This document shows positions 8,667 through 17,576 of a stretch of 32,000 bases of DNA, one piece after another (within the stretch, counting starts at the first letter, position 1; each line of letters begins with the position of its first letter). This DNA is from Cupriavidus necator (GTDB lineage: Bacteria; Pseudomonadota; Gammaproteobacteria; Burkholderiales; Burkholderiaceae). The position numbers and the translations under genes were made by a program. The stretch lies in NCBI RefSeq assembly GCF_016127575.1, contig NZ_CP066018.1:1950001-1982000 (forward strand). Direction: 5' to 3'. The notes under the pieces are model-generated. The model saw only the letters and a list, made by a program, of their open reading frames with translations, had not been told where the DNA came from and did no database searches.

Positions 8667-9962
8667 ATGACCCGATCCCACGCGTCCGCGCGCCCGTCTG
8701 CGCGCAACTCCTCCGCTTTCCAGGTTGCTGTCGTCGGCGGCGGCATCGTCGGCAAGTCCTGCGCGCTGCTGCTGGCCCAGCAGGGCATGGACGTGGCGCT
8801 GGTCGCGCCCAGGCCGCCCCGCGCCAGCGGCCGCACGGCGGCGGGGCCGGATGACTGGGACAGCCGTATCTACGCCTTCTCGGCCAGCTCGCAGGCGCTG
8901 CTGGAGCGCATGCGGGTGTGGGAGGCGCTGGACCCGGCGCGGATCCAGCCGGTGCGCGACATGCGCGTGTTCGGCGATGTCAGCGCGGCCGAGACCTCGC
9001 CCAGCCTGGACGGGGACCTGCATTTCTCGGCCTACGCGGCCGCGGTGCCGCAGCTGGCGTGGATCATCGAATCCAGCCACGTCGAGCGCGCGCTCGACAC
9101 AGCGCTGGGCTTCCAGCACCAGGTGACCTGGCACGACGCCACGGCGAGCGCGTTCGAGCGCGATCCTGACGGCGTCACGCTGACCCTGGGCAATGGCGAG
9201 AAGCTGCGCACGGCCTGCGTGGTCGGTGCCGACGGCGCGCGCTCCTGGCTGCGCCAGCAATGCCACATCGGCGTCAGCACGCGCAAGTACCGCCAGCTGG
9301 GCGTGGTCGCCAATTTCGCCTGCGAGCGCCCGCACCAGGAAACCGCGTGGCAGTGGTTCCTGGGCGCGCCCGAAAAACTGATGGCCGACGAGGAACCCGC
9401 CAACGGCGAAGTGCTGGCGCTGCTGCCGCTGCCGGACAACCATGTGTCGATGGTCTGGGCCGCCGAAGAGGCCCACGCGCGCGAGCTGCTGGCGCTGTCG
9501 CCCGAGGCGCTCGCCGCCACGGTGATGCAGGGCGCCAGCGGCGCGGTCGGCGCGCAGTTCGGCGCGCTGCGCTGCGTGACCCCGGCGCAGGGCTTCCCGC
9601 TGGTGCTGCAGCGTGCCGACCAGTTCGTGCAGCCGCACGTGGCGCTGGTGGGCGACGCCGCCCACGTGTTGCATCCGCTGGCCGGCCAGGGCATGAACCT
9701 GGGCCTGCGCGGCGTCGCGGAACTTGGCCGCGTGATGGCCGACAAAGAACCTTTCCGCAGCGAGGGCGACCTGCGCTTGCTGCGCCGCTATGAGCGCGCC
9801 CGCGCCACCGATTTGCTTGCGCTGACCGCGGCCACCGACGGACTGCACCGGTTGTTCTCGTTGCCGGGCGGCGTCGCGCGCGTGGTGCGCAACACCGGCA
9901 TGCGCGCGGTCGGCGGCCAGTCCTTGCTCAAGCGCTTCCTGATCGCGCGCGCGCTTGGCTGA
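8667..9962 (+). CDS. UbiH/UbiF/VisC/COQ6-family FAD-dependent ubiquinone-biosynthesis hydroxylase
   Basis: 431 aa. FAD Rossmann VAVVGGGIVGKSCALLLAQQG, GADGARSWLR, and VGDAAHVLHPLAGQGMNLGL motifs. Confidence 0.9.
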   Translation: MTRSHASARPSARNSSAFQVAVVGGGIVGKSCALLLAQQGMDVALVAPRPPRASGRTAAGPDDWDSRIYAFSASSQALLERMRVWEALDPARIQPVRDMRVFGDVSAAETSPSLDGDLHFSAYAAAVPQLAWIIESSHVERALDTALGFQHQVTWHDATASAFERDPDGVTLTLGNGEKLRTACVVGADGARSWLRQQCHIGVSTRKYRQLGVVANFACERPHQETAWQWFLGAPEKLMADEEPANGEVLALLPLPDNHVSMVWAAEEAHARELLALSPEALAATVMQGASGAVGAQFGALRCVTPAQGFPLVLQRADQFVQPHVALVGDAAHVLHPLAGQGMNLGLRGVAELGRVMADKEPFRSEGDLRLLRRYERARATDLLALTAATDGLHRLFSLPGGVARVVRNTGMRAVGGQSLLKRFLIARALG

Positions 9963-10013
9963 CCGCGGCCGCGCCAACGTTCCGATCCCTTTACCGAATA
10001 CTCTGGAGTCCAC

Positions 10014-10772
10014 ATGTTCCCATTCCTGCGCCGCCGCCCCGCCATGAGCGCCGCGATCACCGCCATCGCCGGCGGGCTGGCCGCGGCGGGCTTCGCGCTG
10101 CATGCCATGGCCGCGGGCGAGCCCGGCACCGACCGCATCAAGGAGTCGCTGCAGAAGATGGTGGGCGGCCGTGCTGAAGTGAAGAGCGTGAGCAAGACCC
10201 CGGTGCCGGGCCTGTTCGAGGCCAATATAGGCGGGCAGGTGGTCTACACCGACGCCTCGGGCCGCTACATCCTGAACGGCGAGATGATCGACACCCGCAC
10301 CGGCACCAACCTGACCGAGGAGCGGCTGGCCGAGATCAACCGCATCAAGTGGTCGGACCTGCCGCTGGCGCGCGCGATCAAGTGGACCAAGGGCGATGGC
10401 AGCCGCCAGGTGGCGGTGTTCTCCGACCCCAACTGCGGCTATTGCAAGCGCATCGAGCAGACCTTCCAGCAGATGGACAACATCACCGTGTACACCTTCC
10501 TGTACCCGGTGCTGTCGCCGGATTCCGAAACCAAGGCCAAGCAGGTCTGGTGCGCGTCCGACCGCACCAAGGCCTGGCGCGACTGGATGCTCAAGCAGGT
10601 GGCGCTGACCGGCAACGGCAGCTGCAAGACCCCGCTGGAAGAAAACCTGGCATTGGGCCACAGCATGAACGTGACCGGCACTCCGGCGGTGTTCTTCACC
10701 GACGGCACCCGCATTCCCGGCGCGGCGGATGTCGCCACGCTGGAACGCAAGCTCGCCAGCATCAAGAAATAA
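10014..10772 (+). CDS. dsbC: DsbC-family periplasmic thiol:disulfide interchange protein
   Basis: 252 aa. Signal peptide (AITAIAGGLAAAGFALHA), N-terminal dimerisation-type domain, thioredoxin fold with FSDPNCGYCKR active site and the GTPAVFF cis-Pro region. Confidence 0.85.
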   Translation: MFPFLRRRPAMSAAITAIAGGLAAAGFALHAMAAGEPGTDRIKESLQKMVGGRAEVKSVSKTPVPGLFEANIGGQVVYTDASGRYILNGEMIDTRTGTNLTEERLAEINRIKWSDLPLARAIKWTKGDGSRQVAVFSDPNCGYCKRIEQTFQQMDNITVYTFLYPVLSPDSETKAKQVWCASDRTKAWRDWMLKQVALTGNGSCKTPLEENLALGHSMNVTGTPAVFFTDGTRIPGAADVATLERKLASIKK

Positions 10773-10802
10773 GCGCGCGCCGGACCTGTACCGGCCCGAT
10801 CG

Positions 10803-10841
10803 ACGGCCGGACTTGTCCGGCCGTTCTGCATTCTGCCTTTT
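10803..10841 (+). terminator. Terminator hairpin after dsbC
   Basis: ACGGCCGGAC-TT-GTCCGGCCGT is a perfect 10-nt inverted repeat. It is followed by the T-rich TCTGCATTCTGCCTTTT. Confidence 0.55.
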
Positions 10842-10884
10842 CCCTGATTCCATGCGATCGCCGGCAGGCGACAAAGGAGACACC

Positions 10885-11889
<1,005 letters not shown>

Positions 11890-11918
11890 TCGCGCACCGT
11901 CGCCCTGATGCACCACCG

Positions 11919-11951
11919 CGTCGGCGCTGCATCCGTGTCCTGGCGCCGACG
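11919..11951 (+). terminator. 9-bp perfect hairpin after the acuI-like gene (weak terminator candidate)
   Basis: CGTCGGCGC-N15-GCGCCGACG followed by TTACAAT. The U-tract is poor. Confidence 0.3.
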
Positions 11952-11965
11952 TTACAATCCTGCCC

Positions 11966-13780
11966 ATGACGCCGATCCGCTACGCCATCGCCCCGCTTCA
12001 GCCTGAAGCGCACCTGTTTGCCGTCACCGTCACCGTGAGCGAACCCGATCCCGCCGGCCAGTGTTTCTCGCTGCCGGCCTGGATCCCGGGCAGCTACATG
12101 ATCCGGGACTTCGCGCGCAATATCGTGCGCATCCGCGCCGATGCGGGCGGGCGCGAGGTCAGGCTGACCAAGCTCGACAAGCAGCGCTGGCAGGCCGCGC
12201 CGGTCAGCCTGGCCGACGGCCCGCTGACGCTCAGCTACGAGGTCTATGCCTGGGACCTGTCGGTGCGCGCGGCGCACCTGGACACCACCCACGGCTTCTT
12301 CAACGGCAGCTCGGTGTTCCTGTGCGTGGACGGGCAGGCCGAGCGGCCATGCACCATCGATATCCATGCGCCCGCCGGCGAGGCCTATCGCGGCTGGCGC
12401 GTCGCCACCGCCATGCGCGAAGCGCCCGGCCGCGCAGGCGCGAAGCGCTACGGCTTCGGCCGCTACCAGGTGGCCGACTACGATGAGCTGGTCGATCATC
12501 CGGTCGAGATGGGCACCTTCCAGCTGGCCAGCTTCCGCGCCTGCGGCGCGCAGCACGACGTGGTCTTCACCGGGCGCGTGCCGCAGCTCGACCTCGAGCG
12601 CGTGTGCCGCGACCTGAAGCGGATCTGCGAAGCGCAGATCCGGCTGTTCGAGCCCAAGACCGCGCAGGCGCCGTTCCTGGACAGCAACCGCCGCTACGTC
12701 TTCATGACGATGGTCACCAGCGACGGCTACGGCGGCCTGGAACACCGTGCCAGCACCGCGCTGATATGCGCGCGCAATGACCTGCCGGTGCGCGGCGACA
12801 GCGATACCAGCGAGGGCTACCGCACCTTCCTCGGGCTGTGCAGCCACGAGTATTTCCACACCTGGAACGTCAAGCGCATCAAGCCGGCCGCGTTCGTGCC
12901 GTACCGGCTGGCCGAGGAAACCTACACGCCGCTGCTGTGGCTGTTCGAGGGTTTCACCAGTTACTACGACGACCTGGTGCTGGTGCGCTCCGGCTGCATC
13001 ACCGACGAGCAGTACATCGAGATGCTGGCCAAGACCTGGAACGGCGTGCTGCGCGGCAGCGGCCGCACCAAGCAGAGCGTGGCGGAAAGCTCCTTCGATG
13101 CCTGGACCAAGTACTACCGCCAGGACGAGAACGCCCCCAACGCCATCGTCAGCTACTACACCAAGGGTTCGCTGGTGGCGCTGGCGCTGGACCTGACCAT
13201 TCGCGACAAGACCCGCGGGCGACGCTCGCTTGACGATGTCATGCGCGCGCTGTGGCGCCGCTACGGCCGCGGCTTCTACGCGCCGGGCGCGGTGCAGCGC
13301 GGCGTGACCGAGGCCGAGGTCCATGCGCTGTTCGATGAAGTCACCGGCCTGCGCATGGGGCCGCTGCTGCGCTCGCTGACCGAAGGCACCGGCGAGCTGC
13401 CGCTGCCGGCGCTGTTCAAAACGTTCGGCGTCAAGGCCGATGCGCAGAAGCCGGCGCGCACCGCGGCGCTGGGTATCAAGGTCAAGAGCGATGAGGGCTG
13501 GGTGCGCGTGGCGCAGGTGTTCGACGGCGGCGCCGCGCAGGCCGCCGGCCTGTCCGCCGGCGACCTGCTGGTGGCGATTGACGGCCTGCGCGTGGCGCCG
13601 GGCCAGATCGACAAGCTGCTGGCGCGCTACCGTAGCGGCGACCGCATCGAGCTGCACGCCTTCCGCCGCGACGAGCTGCAGGTGCTGCCGGTGACGCTGG
13701 CACGCGAGCCGGCGGCGCAGTTCAAGGTGAAGCTCGAGAGCGGACGGCACGCGGCGCGCTCGCGCTGGCTGGGCCAGTGA
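11966..13780 (+). CDS. M61-family (glycyl aminopeptidase-like) metallopeptidase with C-terminal PDZ domain
   Basis: 604 aa. Zinc motif HEYFHTWN and a downstream EGFTSYY glutamate. PDZ-like LGIKVKSDEGWVRVAQVFDGGAAQAAGLSAGDLLVAIDG. Confidence 0.88.
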   Translation: MTPIRYAIAPLQPEAHLFAVTVTVSEPDPAGQCFSLPAWIPGSYMIRDFARNIVRIRADAGGREVRLTKLDKQRWQAAPVSLADGPLTLSYEVYAWDLSVRAAHLDTTHGFFNGSSVFLCVDGQAERPCTIDIHAPAGEAYRGWRVATAMREAPGRAGAKRYGFGRYQVADYDELVDHPVEMGTFQLASFRACGAQHDVVFTGRVPQLDLERVCRDLKRICEAQIRLFEPKTAQAPFLDSNRRYVFMTMVTSDGYGGLEHRASTALICARNDLPVRGDSDTSEGYRTFLGLCSHEYFHTWNVKRIKPAAFVPYRLAEETYTPLLWLFEGFTSYYDDLVLVRSGCITDEQYIEMLAKTWNGVLRGSGRTKQSVAESSFDAWTKYYRQDENAPNAIVSYYTKGSLVALALDLTIRDKTRGRRSLDDVMRALWRRYGRGFYAPGAVQRGVTEAEVHALFDEVTGLRMGPLLRSLTEGTGELPLPALFKTFGVKADAQKPARTAALGIKVKSDEGWVRVAQVFDGGAAQAAGLSAGDLLVAIDGLRVAPGQIDKLLARYRSGDRIELHAFRRDELQVLPVTLAREPAAQFKVKLESGRHAARSRWLGQ

Positions 13781-13830
13781 ACTAGTTTTCCGCTGCCACA
13801 CCCGCCACCGCACGCCATCGCCCCCGCTGC

Positions 13831-16227
13831 ATGCAATACGCGCACGATCCCCGCACCTTCCTGTATTCGCACTACATCTACCGGGGGCTGCGCTCGGCCA
13901 CCGGGGTGATCGGCGCCACGCTGATCGCGCTGCACTTCAGCGACCTGCCCACCGCGATGGTGGTGTCGATGGGGGCGCTGTGCACCAGCCTGATGGACCT
14001 GCCCAGCCCGCTGAACCACAAGTTCAACGAGATGATGGCCAGCGTGCTGCTGTGCAGCGTGGTCACGCTGGTGGTGGCGCTGGCCACGCCGTTCCCGCGC
14101 GTGATGCCGTTCCTGCTGGTGCTGGTGACGTTCCTGGCCGGCATGATGACGGTGTACGGCAACAAGACGCTGCCGCTGCAGTTCGCGGCGCTGTTCGTGA
14201 TGACGCTGACCATCAACGAAGACTTCCTGGTGCGGCGCGCGCTGGAGCACGCGGCGCTGTTCAGCATCGGCGCGGTCGCTTATCTCGGCTATGCGATGCT
14301 GGTGAGCTGGATCACCGAGCGCCGCACCAAGCAGCAGGTGCTGGCCGAATCGTTGTATGAGCTGGCCGGCTATCTCGAGATCAAGGCCGGCTTCTACGAC
14401 GCCGGCAACGACTACGAGGCCCAGTTCAACCAGCTGGTGCGCCAGCAGATCGTGGTGGCCGAGCGCCAGCAGGCCGCGCGCGACCTGGTGCTGCGCGGCA
14501 ACCGCACTCCGCACGACGGGCTGCTGGTGCAGGTGCACCTGCGCATGCTCGACCTGTACGAGTATATTCTGTCGACCAACACCGACTATCCGCTGCTGCG
14601 CCAGACCTTTGCCGGCACGCCGGTGCTGGACCATCTGCGCGGGCTGGTGCTGCAGATGTGCAAGGACGTGGAAGAGATCGCCTACGAGATCACGCGCGGC
14701 CGCGCCTCGTACGCCACGGTGGAATATCGCCAGGGCCTGCGCGCGGTCGAGGCCGAGGTCGAGCAATTTCGCCACCACCATATCAACCCGGCGGCGATGA
14801 CGGCGCTGGTCGATACGCTCGACATGATGCGCGGCGCGATCACGCTGGTCGGCCAGCTGCACGAAGCGTCGCGCACGCCGGTGGAGCCGGCCAGGGTGCT
14901 GCCCGGCTCGGACATGACGCCGTTCCTGACGCGCCAGAAGTATGAGTTCAGCGTGCTGCGCGACAACCTGAAGTGGAGTTCGCCGGCGTTCCGCTTCTCG
15001 CTGCGGATCTCGATGGCGGTGTCGCTGGGGCTGTGGATTGCCGAGCACCTGCCCTATGTGTCGCACAGCTACTGGATCCTGCTGACCATCATCGTCATCC
15101 TGAAGCCCAACTTCAGCATGACCAAGCAGCGCTACAACGACCGCCTGATCGGCACGCTGATTGGCTGCGTGGTCGCGGTCGCGATCCTGAAGGTGGTGCA
15201 CCAGCCGCTGATCCTGCTGGGCGTGCTGTTCCTGTCGCTGGTGGCCAGCGCCGCGTTCGTGACCATCAAGTACCGCTACACCGCGATTGCCGCCTGCATC
15301 CAGGTGCTGATCCAGATCCACCTGCTGATGCCGGGAAGTCCCACGGTGGCGGGCGAGCGGCTGGTGGATACCGTGATCGGCGGCATCATCGCCTCGCTGT
15401 TCAGCTTTGTGCTGCCGAGCTGGGAATACCGCGCCATCCCCAAGCTGGTGGAGGGCGTGCTGCAGGCCAACCGCCGCTATATCGGCGCCACGCGCGACCT
15501 GCTGCTGCGTAGGACCAAGGATGACTTTGCCTACCGCGTGCAGCGCAAGCAGTTTATGGACAACCTGTCGGCGCTGATCTCGTCGTTCCAGCGCATGCTG
15601 GACGAGCCCAAGAGCCGGCACCGTGCGGTGGACAACCTGAACCGCTTTATCGTGCAGAACTACCTGGTGGCCGCGCACGTGGCGGCGGCGCGCATCCAGG
15701 TGCGCCAGCACTATGACGAGCTCGATATCCCGGCCGCGGAAGCCGCGATCGAGCAGGCCACCGAGGCCGCCAGCCACAGCCTGCAGGTGGCCAGCGAGCG
15801 GCTGCATGCCGATGAGCGGGGCGGCGGCCGTGGCGCGGGCTTTATCCGCAGCGGGAAAACGCCGTTGGAACGCAAGGAGGCAGTGCCTGCCGCCGCGGAC
15901 AAGGCGGAGGAATCTCCCGCTGAAGCTGTCGCCGATGCCGAACCAGTGGCGGCCACCGTCAGCGTCGAAGTCGCCGAGGCCGCCGAGGATGCCGTCGCCG
16001 AACGCCGCGCCCGCCTGGCCGATTCGGCCGACAAGCGCCGCACCGACGTGCTGGTGCACGCGGCCGCCGCCGGCGAATCCAGCCATGAGGCTGGTCCCAC
16101 CGCCAGCTCCACCGGCCGTCCGGCCAATGCGGTGCTGGACCGCCGCCTGCGCGCGTTGCGCGAGGATGCGGCCAAGATCGCGCTGCGCACGGGGGCCATC
16201 GGGCGCGCCATACGGGCGCGCGTCTGA
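13831..16227 (+). CDS. yccS: YccS/YhfK (FUSC-like) family integral membrane protein with long low-complexity C-terminal tail
   Basis: 798 aa. Two hydrophobic blocks (about aa 15-160 and 385-520) separated and followed by helical soluble regions, the architecture of the YccS/FUSC family. Family call by recollection. Confidence 0.7.
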   Translation: MQYAHDPRTFLYSHYIYRGLRSATGVIGATLIALHFSDLPTAMVVSMGALCTSLMDLPSPLNHKFNEMMASVLLCSVVTLVVALATPFPRVMPFLLVLVTFLAGMMTVYGNKTLPLQFAALFVMTLTINEDFLVRRALEHAALFSIGAVAYLGYAMLVSWITERRTKQQVLAESLYELAGYLEIKAGFYDAGNDYEAQFNQLVRQQIVVAERQQAARDLVLRGNRTPHDGLLVQVHLRMLDLYEYILSTNTDYPLLRQTFAGTPVLDHLRGLVLQMCKDVEEIAYEITRGRASYATVEYRQGLRAVEAEVEQFRHHHINPAAMTALVDTLDMMRGAITLVGQLHEASRTPVEPARVLPGSDMTPFLTRQKYEFSVLRDNLKWSSPAFRFSLRISMAVSLGLWIAEHLPYVSHSYWILLTIIVILKPNFSMTKQRYNDRLIGTLIGCVVAVAILKVVHQPLILLGVLFLSLVASAAFVTIKYRYTAIAACIQVLIQIHLLMPGSPTVAGERLVDTVIGGIIASLFSFVLPSWEYRAIPKLVEGVLQANRRYIGATRDLLLRRTKDDFAYRVQRKQFMDNLSALISSFQRMLDEPKSRHRAVDNLNRFIVQNYLVAAHVAAARIQVRQHYDELDIPAAEAAIEQATEAASHSLQVASERLHADERGGGRGAGFIRSGKTPLERKEAVPAAADKAEESPAEAVADAEPVAATVSVEVAEAAEDAVAERRARLADSADKRRTDVLVHAAAAGESSHEAGPTASSTGRPANAVLDRRLRALREDAAKIALRTGAIGRAIRARV

Positions 16228-16237
16228 GCCTGGTGGC

Positions 16238-17569
16238 TTACGGCGCCTCGGGCAGCTCTTCCTCGGGCAGTGTCAGCATGCCGCTGTTGTAGCGGTACTC
16301 GTAGATCTCGCCGTAGCGCCCCCAGCCGATCGCCACGCTGAGCACGCGCTCGGCCTCGGCGGGCTTCAGGAACCGCTCCAGTTCGTGCAGCACCTGTTCT
16401 TCGCGGATCTCGCCGGCCTCGCTGGCCACCAGTTCGCGGCGGATATGCGCGGCCAGTGCGACGTTGCCCAGCAACTGCTGGCCGAACATCACCTTGCGTT
16501 GCTGCGGCCCGGCGGCGTACCAGGCGCGGCCGGCCCCGGTGGCGGCGATGTCGCCGCGCTCGATCGACACCAGTTGCACCAGCTGCAGCGCTTCGCACGC
16601 AGGCAGCAGTTCGTCGTCGGTGAGGCCGGCTTCGTCGGCCAGGTGGGGCAGGTCGGCGCGGCAGTTGAAGGGTGCCTCGCACAGCAGGTCGAGGATCGCT
16701 TCCATCTGGCTGATGTCGGCGTCCGGCAGCCGGTAGGCGATCTGGCGCGCGGGCGCTTGCGCGGGCAGGCGCGCTTCCGCGGCGGGGGCGGTCATCAGCG
16801 CGTAGATCTCGTCGACCAGCGCGCGCACCTGCGCGCTGTCGCGGTTGCGCGGACGCGGCAGCGCCACTGGCACCTCGGCGCGGATGCGGCCCGGGTCGCT
16901 CGACAGGATCACGATGCGGTCGGCCATCATCACTGCCTCTTCGATATTGTGCGAGACGATCAGGATGCTCCTGATATTGGCACGGCCGCTTTCCCACAGC
17001 GCCAGCATCTCGTCGCGCAGGGTCTCGCCGGTCAGCACGTCCAGGGCCGAGAATGCTTCATCCATCAGCAGCAGGTCCGGCTCGGTCACCAGCGCGCGCG
17101 CAATGCCCACGCGCTGGCGCATGCCGCCCGACAGCTCGCGCGGCAGTGCGCTGTTGAAGCCGGCCAGCCCGATCATGTCGATCGCGGCCTCGGCGCGGCG
17201 CTCGCGCTCGGCCCTGGGCACGCCCTGGGCCTCGAGCCCCAGCTCAACGTTCTGCTGCACCGTCAGCCACGGGAACAGCGCGAACGACTGGAACACCATG
17301 GCGATGCCCTCGGCGGTGCCGGCCAGCCGTTCGCCGCGAAAGTCCACCTCGCCGCGGTCGGCGCCGACCAGCCCGGCCATGATGCGCAACAGCGTGGACT
17401 TGCCCGAGCCGGACTTGCCCAGCATGGCGACGATCTCGCCCTCGCGCAGCGTCAGGTCCACGCCTTCGAGCACGGCACGGTCGCTCTGGCTGGCGGTGCG
17501 GAAGATCTTGCCGACGCCGCGCAGCTCGATCACGGCGGGGGCGGCGGTGGATGCAATGTTCTCTGCCAT
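16238..17569 (-). CDS. ABC transporter ATP-binding protein (NitT/TauT-like) with about 190-aa extra C-terminal (AAA-associated type) domain
   Basis: 443 aa. Walker A GKSGSGKST, signature LSGGMRQRV, Walker B LLLMDEAFSALD. After about aa 250 there is an additional non-ABC domain (..ILDLLCEAPFNCRADLPHLADEAGLTDDELLP..GWGRYGEIYEY). Confidence 0.9.
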   Translation of the reverse strand: MAENIASTAAPAVIELRGVGKIFRTASQSDRAVLEGVDLTLREGEIVAMLGKSGSGKSTLLRIMAGLVGADRGEVDFRGERLAGTAEGIAMVFQSFALFPWLTVQQNVELGLEAQGVPRAERERRAEAAIDMIGLAGFNSALPRELSGGMRQRVGIARALVTEPDLLLMDEAFSALDVLTGETLRDEMLALWESGRANIRSILIVSHNIEEAVMMADRIVILSSDPGRIRAEVPVALPRPRNRDSAQVRALVDEIYALMTAPAAEARLPAQAPARQIAYRLPDADISQMEAILDLLCEAPFNCRADLPHLADEAGLTDDELLPACEALQLVQLVSIERGDIAATGAGRAWYAAGPQQRKVMFGQQLLGNVALAAHIRRELVASEAGEIREEQVLHELERFLKPAEAERVLSVAIGWGRYGEIYEYRYNSGMLTLPEEELPEAP

Positions 17570-17576
17570 CGTTGCC

